DNA of 64,000 bases from an uncultured bacterium (GTDB lineage Bacteria > Verrucomicrobiota > Verrucomicrobiia > Limisphaerales > UBA8199), in assembly GCA_963749495.1 (NCBI GenBank), contig CAVVMW010000005.1, positions 320,001-384,000 on the forward strand. Direction: 5' to 3'. The translations under genes and the position numbers were made by a program. This document shows, piece after piece, positions 57,583-64,000 of the stretch. A model generated the notes under the pieces. It saw nothing but the letters and a program-made list of their open reading frames with translations. It made no database searches and was not told the origin of the DNA. How positions within the stretch are numbered: the first letter of the stretch is position 1; every line of letters starts with the position of its first letter.

Positions 57583-58625
57583 TTCATGGGAGTATGAATC
57601 CTCTTGCGCTACTTTGCGACCATCAAAACGAGGTTTCTTTGTGATCTCTGCGCTCTTTGCGGTTAAATCTGATAGGGGCTCTAAGGGATTTGGTCGGCAC
57701 AGGGATACTGCGGACGTCGGACATGACAGGGCTTGTGACCTGTCCGCCGCATTAACCGGGATCGCCGGCCACTCTGCGATTATGGGGTTGCCACGCTGGC
57801 CGGTTTCGGCACATTCAGGCCATGCGGAAGCGGGCTTATCTCGCCGCTGCCGCATTACAAGTCGCCCCTGATTCCTTGCGCGCTTGTCCTCTGCGATTCC
57901 TGCCCTGCTTCTTCTCGGCGAGCAGCTTGAAGGCGGCCAGATCGTCCTCGGTCAGACCCAGGGCAACCAGAGCTTGCGCACGGGTGATCGCCTGCGCCGA
58001 CATCTTGGGCTTGACCATCCGCACGGTGCCCGTGCTCTTGCGCATTTCGCCCAGATCAGGGATATACCCCTGCTGCGCGGCAGATTGCAGCCAGGCCGTG
58101 GCGAGGATCAGGCGGTTTGGCCAATCGATGGTTGACTGTATAGGACCCATTGGAGAAAACTCCGTCCGTATGCGCAAATCTAGGCCGAGACGGTGTATGA
58201 AATGGCGGAGGAGAATCACGTTCGTGCTACTGCTCTTGGGACTCAGCGCGCTGGCCAACTCGGCGTCGGCCAGTGCCGTTGGTCCCTCGGCCCAAGCCAC
58301 AGCCTCCGATAACGGGACGCTTCCCTGCAATTTGGCTATTTCAGCCCGGATTGGCCCAAGGGACTCGGGGACGGTTCGTTTGACCTGCTGGGCAACCCGC
58401 CCCAGATCCTTCAGTTCCCGGCGGCCAGCGTCATGTGGCTGCGCCAGGACGTGCAGGAAGCGGATTTGGTCGCCGAGTCGCTCTATGACCCCGAGAGCGT
58501 CTTCAGCCTGAGCGAGGACCGCAAACCCGTCCCTCTTGCGGCGTAACCGTTCACGGGTTTCGACGCACCGCTTGAGCACATGATCTGAGCAGGCCGTAGA
58601 TTTTGCTGGCGTCACGGAGCGGCCC

Positions 58626-59525
58626 TTGTTAGGGTACGTGGCTGTGGACCAGGATTTAGTGATTAGGCGCCGGGTTATTCGGGAAGCCGACCTGCTGCTC
58701 ATCCGACAGTTGATTGAGGAGGAGGGAGCCCAGGGACGCAGCCATATTTCCAATCGCCTCTGCGAGATGTGGAACTGGCGCCAAGCCAATGGGCGCTTTC
58801 GTCAGATTGCCTGCCGCGAACTGCTCCGTCGGCTGGAAGCGCACGGACTGATCGAGTTGCCTCCGAAGCTCTGCGAGGCCCGACGAGCAGGTTATCGCAA
58901 CCGAAGCTCGACCCCCGAGCTACTGGATTGCCTGCCGTTGACGGGCAGGCTGCGCGAGTTCCAAAACCAGATCGGCCTTCAGTTAGTCGAGCCGTCCCAG
59001 CAGTTGGCCCTCTACCGTGGACTGGTCGGAACGTATCACTACCTGGGCTATCAACAGGCCACCGGAGCGCAACTCCGATATATTGCTTACTTCCAGGAGC
59101 GCCCGATTGCCTGCCTGAGCTTTGGTCCGGCCGCCTGGAAGATCGGGGCCCGCGATCAGTTCATTGGTTGGTCGGCGCAAGCGCGGCAGCAAAACCTTCG
59201 GTGGGTGGTCAACAACGACCGTTTCGTTGTTCTTCCCTGGGTTCAAATCAAGTGCCTGGCTTCGTATCTATTGGGCAGGGCCGTGCGCCAGCTTCCGGGC
59301 GATTGGCCAAGGGTCTACGGTCATGACTTGGCTCTGGTCGAAACGTTCGTGGAAAAGCAGCGCTTTGCCGGGACGGCCTACGCGGCTGCCAATTGGATTT
59401 GCGTTGGGCAAACCCTTGGACGAGGCCGCAATGATCGGACCCACGACCAGGCCGCTCCCATCAAAACGGTTTGGCTGCACCCGTTGCGAGGGGATTTCCG
59501 GGCCTTCCTCTGCCAGGAACCATAG
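58626..59525 (+). CDS. DUF4338 (DruA-like) protein
   Basis: LCE.WNW.Q.NG...CR.LL..LE..GLI.LP, YHYLG, RDQFIGW, NNDRF..LPWV, ETFVE..RF.GT.Y.AANW..VG.T.GRGR. Confidence 0.9.
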   Translation: MLGYVAVDQDLVIRRRVIREADLLLIRQLIEEEGAQGRSHISNRLCEMWNWRQANGRFRQIACRELLRRLEAHGLIELPPKLCEARRAGYRNRSSTPELLDCLPLTGRLREFQNQIGLQLVEPSQQLALYRGLVGTYHYLGYQQATGAQLRYIAYFQERPIACLSFGPAAWKIGARDQFIGWSAQARQQNLRWVVNNDRFVVLPWVQIKCLASYLLGRAVRQLPGDWPRVYGHDLALVETFVEKQRFAGTAYAAANWICVGQTLGRGRNDRTHDQAAPIKTVWLHPLRGDFRAFLCQEP

Positions 59526-59527
59526 CC

Positions 59528-60983
59528 ATGGGCTGGTTCACCGGAAAAAAACGACTGCGCCAGTTGGAGGAGGAAAACGCCCAACTCCGCCAGGACAAGG
59601 CGCGCCTGGAGTCGCGGGTGGCCGAACTCCAAGCCGAAAACGCCCGGCTAATGAATCAACTGGCCGCCGCCCGCAAGCATTCGGGTAACTCCTCCAAACC
59701 GCCCTCCAGCAACATCGTCAAACCCCGGGGGCAGCGGCGCGGGAAAAAGTCCAAGCGGCGCATCGGCGGGCAAAAGGGACATCCCAAACATCAGCGGCCT
59801 GCCTTTGCTCCCGATCAAGTCGATCAACGGATCCCCTTCCGCCTCAAGCAATGTCCGGTCGATCCCTCCCACCGGATTAGCCCGGCGGAGGGACCGGAGC
59901 ACCAACGCACGATCCAACAGGTCGAGTTGGTGGAAAAACCGTTCCGGGTGGTCGAGTCTACGGCTTACAGCATTTGGTGCCAGGACTGCGGCTGCTATCA
60001 CCAGGCCGCCTTGCCCCAGCACATCGTCAAGGCGGGCCTGTTCGGGCCGCGGTTGACGAGCTTGGCCGTCTATCTCAAGGCTAAAATCCATGCTTCCTAC
60101 AGCGGGATTCGAGATTTTTTCCAGGAACGTGGTCGGCGTCAAAGTCTCTCGCGGCTATGCCGCCAAACTCCTGCACAAAGCCAGCCACGCCTTCGCCCAG
60201 CCCTATGGAGAGCTCATCGAACTGCTGCCCCAACAAACTCGCCTCAACACCGATGAGACCGGACACAAAGAGAATGGCCAGCGTTACTGGATCTGGTGTT
60301 TTCGGGCCGCCAGTTTTGTCCTCTTCACGATCGAGCCCTCCCGTGGCACCGAGGTCTTGATGCGTGTCCTGGGCCAAGACTTCAAAGGGATTCTGGGATG
60401 CGATTACTACGCGGCCTACCGCAAATATGCGCGCCAATGTTCCGTGCTGGTCCAGTTCTGTCTGGCCCACTTGATTCGGGACGTCAAATACCTCTGCGAG
60501 TTTCCCGATGCCCAGGTCCAACGCTACGGCCGGGGACTGCTGACCGGCCTCCAAGCCCTGTTCTGGACACTCCACCGTAAGGATCAACTGGGCGCCCGAG
60601 CTTTTGAAGCCCAACTGCAGCAAGCGCACGACCAGATCTGGAAGGCGGCCATTCCCGCCGCAGACGGTCCGTATCACCGGTTGATCTACAACCTGGCCGA
60701 GCGCTTCTATCACCACGGCGAAGCCTACTTCCAGTTCATTACTACTCCGGACATCGAGCCCACCAACAACGTGGTCGAACAGGCCATGCGTTTTGTGGTG
60801 ATGGACCGCCATATTACCCAAGGCACGCGCAGTGCGCGCGGACGACAGATCTGTGAGCGACTTTGGACAGTCATGGCCACTTGCGCCTTACACCAACGCT
60901 CCCCCTTTCAATGGATCTATCAGGCTATCAGCGCCGATTTCAAGGGGTTGAAAGTTCCTTCCTTACTCCTCGATTCATCGTGA
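59528..60983 (+). CDS. IS66 transposase, frameshift at T-run ~60115-60120
   Basis: Coiled coil, NSSKPPS, GGQKGH, GPRL; DETG, CDYYAAY, QFCLAHLIRD, PTNNVVEQAMR. Confidence 0.92.
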
Positions 60984-61498
60984 AGGCTCGGTCACATTCT
61001 CGCCGCTCTCTGCTTGCTGGTCTGCGGCTCTGTCCGCTCACGCCCCAATAAACTCCCCCTCCGCCGGGGTAACCTGTGAACGGTTACCTTGCGGCCGCCC
61101 TGGTGGGCAAGGTCGGCTACCGTTTCGTGGAGAAGAACCGTCCGCCGGTGGTGAAGGACATCAGCCCGTATTGGGACGCCAGGAACCTCGTTGCGCGCTC
61201 GCTTACGGGAGAATTGACCTGGGACGCCGGCAAGGGCTTCGTCCGGATCAACTCGCCACGCACCCAGGCGGTCATCGGCTTTCTCTCCGCGGAACGGCAC
61301 ACGCTCAACTCAACGGTGATCGAGAGCCCGACCCATTTCGGCGCCATTTATGTGACCGCGATGGACGGGTATGTCCCCATCGGCGCCACCCGGCAGTTGG
61401 TGATCACCGCGGTCGGACCGGCGCGCAATACCGGGATGGAATACGAAACTAGTGCGCTGCCCTCCCGGCTGAACCATGATCAACGTGCCAACTGCAAC

Positions 61499-61532
61499 AA
61501 AAAAGCCGCCCCGAAGAAACTGGGGCGGCTTT
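61499..61532 (-). terminator. Intrinsic terminator hairpin between convergent genes
   Basis: AAAGCCGCCCC-loop-GGGGCGGCTTT with a T6 tail on the minus strand. Confidence 0.7.
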
Positions 61533-61722
61533 GGATGCCTGTCAGGTGGACGATGCGGCTGGGTCTTCTCTTTGAACGTCACCGTGGCCGTTGGCGCCGC
61601 GAACGCCCGGCTTCGCGGTTTGCGGAGCCAGAGGGTCTGCGCCTTGCGTTCAATCGGCGTCGGAGGCCCGCAACCCGGGCGTTTTCTCTCGGGGCATTCT
61701 ACGGGCGGGCGTTGTCTGGCAG

Positions 61723-62652
61723 CTACGGAGGCCGGTTTCCGGCCACCCGAAGCGGCGCGGGATTGACCCCCAGGATCTGTTTGTAGAACTCGACGAGGCT
61801 ATCGAGAAGCAGTTGCCGGGGGAACTCCTTTTCCACCCTGCTGCGGGCGTTTCGCCCGAGCCACTCTCGCAGGTTGGGGTCACTGGCAAGTCTCTCGATG
61901 GCGCGCTGAAGGGCCTGCACATCGCCCTGGGGGACCAGCAGTCCGGTTTGGTTGTGGTGAATGGCACACTGGATGCCGGGAATGTCGGTGCCAAGCAACG
62001 CCCTGCCCGCTGCGGCGCCCTCTAGAAGCGAATAGCCGAAGCCCTCGTGGTCACTGGAGAGCACGACGGCATCGCAGGCGGCGTAAAAGTCCCTAAGGTC
62101 CTGGAGATAGCCCAGGCCGCGAACACCGGGTATGTGCCGTCCAAGGGCGCCGTCGCATTCGCCCTGAACGCAACCTGCGACGAGGAGCACACCCCGCTCT
62201 TGCATTAGCCAGGACCGCTCCCAGGCTTCCAGCAGCCGATGGAGGCCCTTGCGCTTAAAGGGGCGACCCACGTAGCCCAGCGCGAACACCCCGTCGGCCA
62301 GACCCAGCCCTGCCCGTGCTGCCGCTCTGGCCTGCGGGCCGAACCGTTCAGGAGGGAAGGCGTCCAGGTCGATACCTGCGGCCGAACCGTTCGCGAGCAC
62401 GGTCCCCTCGCCCGCGGCCAAGAGACCGTCCAGCCGCGCGGCGTTCAGATTGGAGTGACTGACCAGGAGGACGTTCGTGGCCAGCCGAATGTTCAGAGCC
62501 TCAAAAGCGCGCAGGGCTTGCCGCAACGGGCCTCGGTAGCCGAGGCCAAGCTCCCAGTTCCGCAGGGACTGCGCAAAAACCGACTGAAGCGCCTCTCGGA
62601 AATATTTTCCCGGGTTGAAGAACGGCAAGCCGATTGTTACTGTGGGGTTCAC
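61723..62652 (-). pseudogene. Deletion fusion of GT2 N-terminus with GT4 glycosyltransferase C-terminus
   Basis: VTIGLPFFN...ALQSVFAQS..NWEL then YVGR....KG...EGFGYSLLEG. Confidence 0.78.
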
Positions 62653-62718
62653 TGGAGATTCAATCTGTTTGCGCCGCCCCGTGCTCCCGCTTTGTCCTCA
62701 TCCCAACTGTGTGCCCGG

Positions 62719-64000
62719 TCACGCCCTCCGGGTCAGGCTGGCCGCGACAGCGCAAATCACCAGCGCCAGGAACAGAACCGAGTAGATCTGGAAGGGGAAA
62801 TCCCACCGAGCCCACACCAGGCAGCCGGTTAATGAAAGCCAGAGCAAGAGCATGAAGCGCCGGCAGGCATGGATGCCCCCGCGCCCGAACCAGCGCAGCA
62901 GCACCATCAGAAAGGCCAGCGCGATGAGCACGCTGCCCACGTACCCGAAGGTGACGCGCGTCTCCAGCCAGTCATTGTGCAGTTGTGGGTACCACTCCTT
63001 GGCCTGGTCTTCCGGCTTGCGGTAGAGCGGGTAGAGGGTTCCGAAGGTCCCCGGCCCGTGCCGAAGAGCGGGTAATCGGCCGCCATGGGCCTGGCGGTAT
63101 CGTACATCGCCTCGCGGTCCTTGTAGTCTTCATCTATGCGTTCAAATCGCAGCTTGAGCGTCTTCCAGCCCAGGCCGAAGCCCAGGGCCAGGGCCAGAAG
63201 CGAGAAGAGCAGGAGTGCGGACGTTGCGGCCCGCCCCGGGCCCCGCCTGCGCACCCCATCCCACCATTGGATGGCCAACAGGCACAGCGGGCCCAGCACC
63301 AGCGTCCCGGCCGCCACGACCGTTCCCGCCCGGGTGGTCGCAATGATCGGGCAGGCCGCCATGCCCAGGGCGCAGATCAATACCAGGTGATGGCCCGCGT
63401 GCCCACGAACGCTGCGCCGGTTCAGTGTCCACCAGAATCCGACGCACACCGGCCATAAGAGGCTGAAGTATTGTCCGGCGTTGGACCGGTAGGCGTAAGG
63501 CCCGAATTGGGACAGGGCACTCACACCATACCGCGGCCTGACCAGGAAGAGCAGCAAGGGGCACTGGTCCAGCCGCTGGACGATGCCCTCCACCGCCAAC
63601 AAACCGCCGTTAATGGCCAGCACCCACAACAGGCGCCGCAGCCGCCCCGGAAACAGCGGGGCGGAGCCGGAGCCACGCCGGTGCCGGCCCGGCGCGGGGC
63701 TTTCGGCGCGCTCCTCGCTCGATGTCTTGCCGGGCAGCCAATCCAATATCGCCCAAAACGAGCACGCCAGGGCGAGGTAGTTCCGAAATGCCGCCCAGCT
63801 CGCATTGCCATCCAGGCTGTAGGGCAGCCACTTGACGTAATTGTCCCGATAAGAAGGCAGGAACGTGTCGGGATCGATATAGCAGCGGGCGTTCCACGCG
63901 CTGACCCAGCAATAAGCCACGATGGCGACCGTGAGCCCGGCCAGCACAACCAGCGGGGCCCGCCCCCGTCGGGCTTGCCCCTCGTGGTGTGAATGCCCCC
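62719..64000 (-). CDS. O-antigen ligase/polymerase family membrane protein, frameshifted, 5' end outside window
   Basis: FGPYAYRSNAG, TRAG, DYPLFGTG.G, HNDW (other frame), DFPFQI. Confidence 0.8.

Larger units (their letters stand above)
58543..61087 (+). mobile_element. IS66-family element carrying a DUF4338 ORF
   Basis: Inverted repeats GTAACCGTTCACGGGTT / AACCTGTGAACGGTTAC; 8-bp duplication CTTGCGGC at 58535-58542 and 61088-61095. Confidence 0.93.
58197..61480 (+). pseudogene. Secreted glycoside-hydrolase-like gene, internally deleted and split by IS66
   Basis: Signal peptide MKWRRRITFVLLL; frame ...SLSEDRKPVPLAA|ALVGKVGYRF...SLTGELTWD..KG...INSPRTQ is continuous across the IS. Confidence 0.7.

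Noticed and set aside
57836..58789. Single 317-aa minus-strand gene
   Set aside because: It spans the IS66 end and the antisense of a plus-strand gene; only ~57836-58130 has a paralogue and looks coding.
58626..59525. Druantia anti-phage system
   Set aside because: No DruE helicase or other dru genes; the ORF lies inside IS66 inverted repeats.

Overview
GC-rich bacterial DNA; gene content and repeat families suggest the PVC group, probably Verrucomicrobia (inference). The standout is a minus-strand unit at ~2040-9715. It runs: putative promoter; a 56-codon leader ORF containing all 20 amino acids and 39 different codons, whose stop lies in an antiterminator arm; an intrinsic terminator; then an array of 28 tRNA genes or fragments interleaved with an RtcB-family ligase, a TROVE/Ro60 remnant with a candidate Y-like RNA, a GIY-YIG nuclease and a terminal HNH remnant. 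The tRNAs are systematically non-canonical: G55 in every T-loop, C33 in several, four tRNA-Leu with an extra strand between acceptor and D arm, a D-arm-less 8/4 tRNA-Tyr, an 8/4 tRNA-Ser, 32-33 nt palindromes inside three tRNAs and an IS66-type MITE inside one. An 18-bp inverted repeat brackets the array. The rest of the window is carbohydrate-utilisation genes (GH29 x2, GH2, GH5-like, DUF5703, FucP), a RuBisCO-like protein cluster, several toxin-antitoxin loci, an ISL3 and an IS66 element with clear 8-bp target duplications, and polysaccharide biosynthesis genes. Many ORFs carry frameshifts or internal deletions, so assembly error is possible. All calls were made by eye without database searches.
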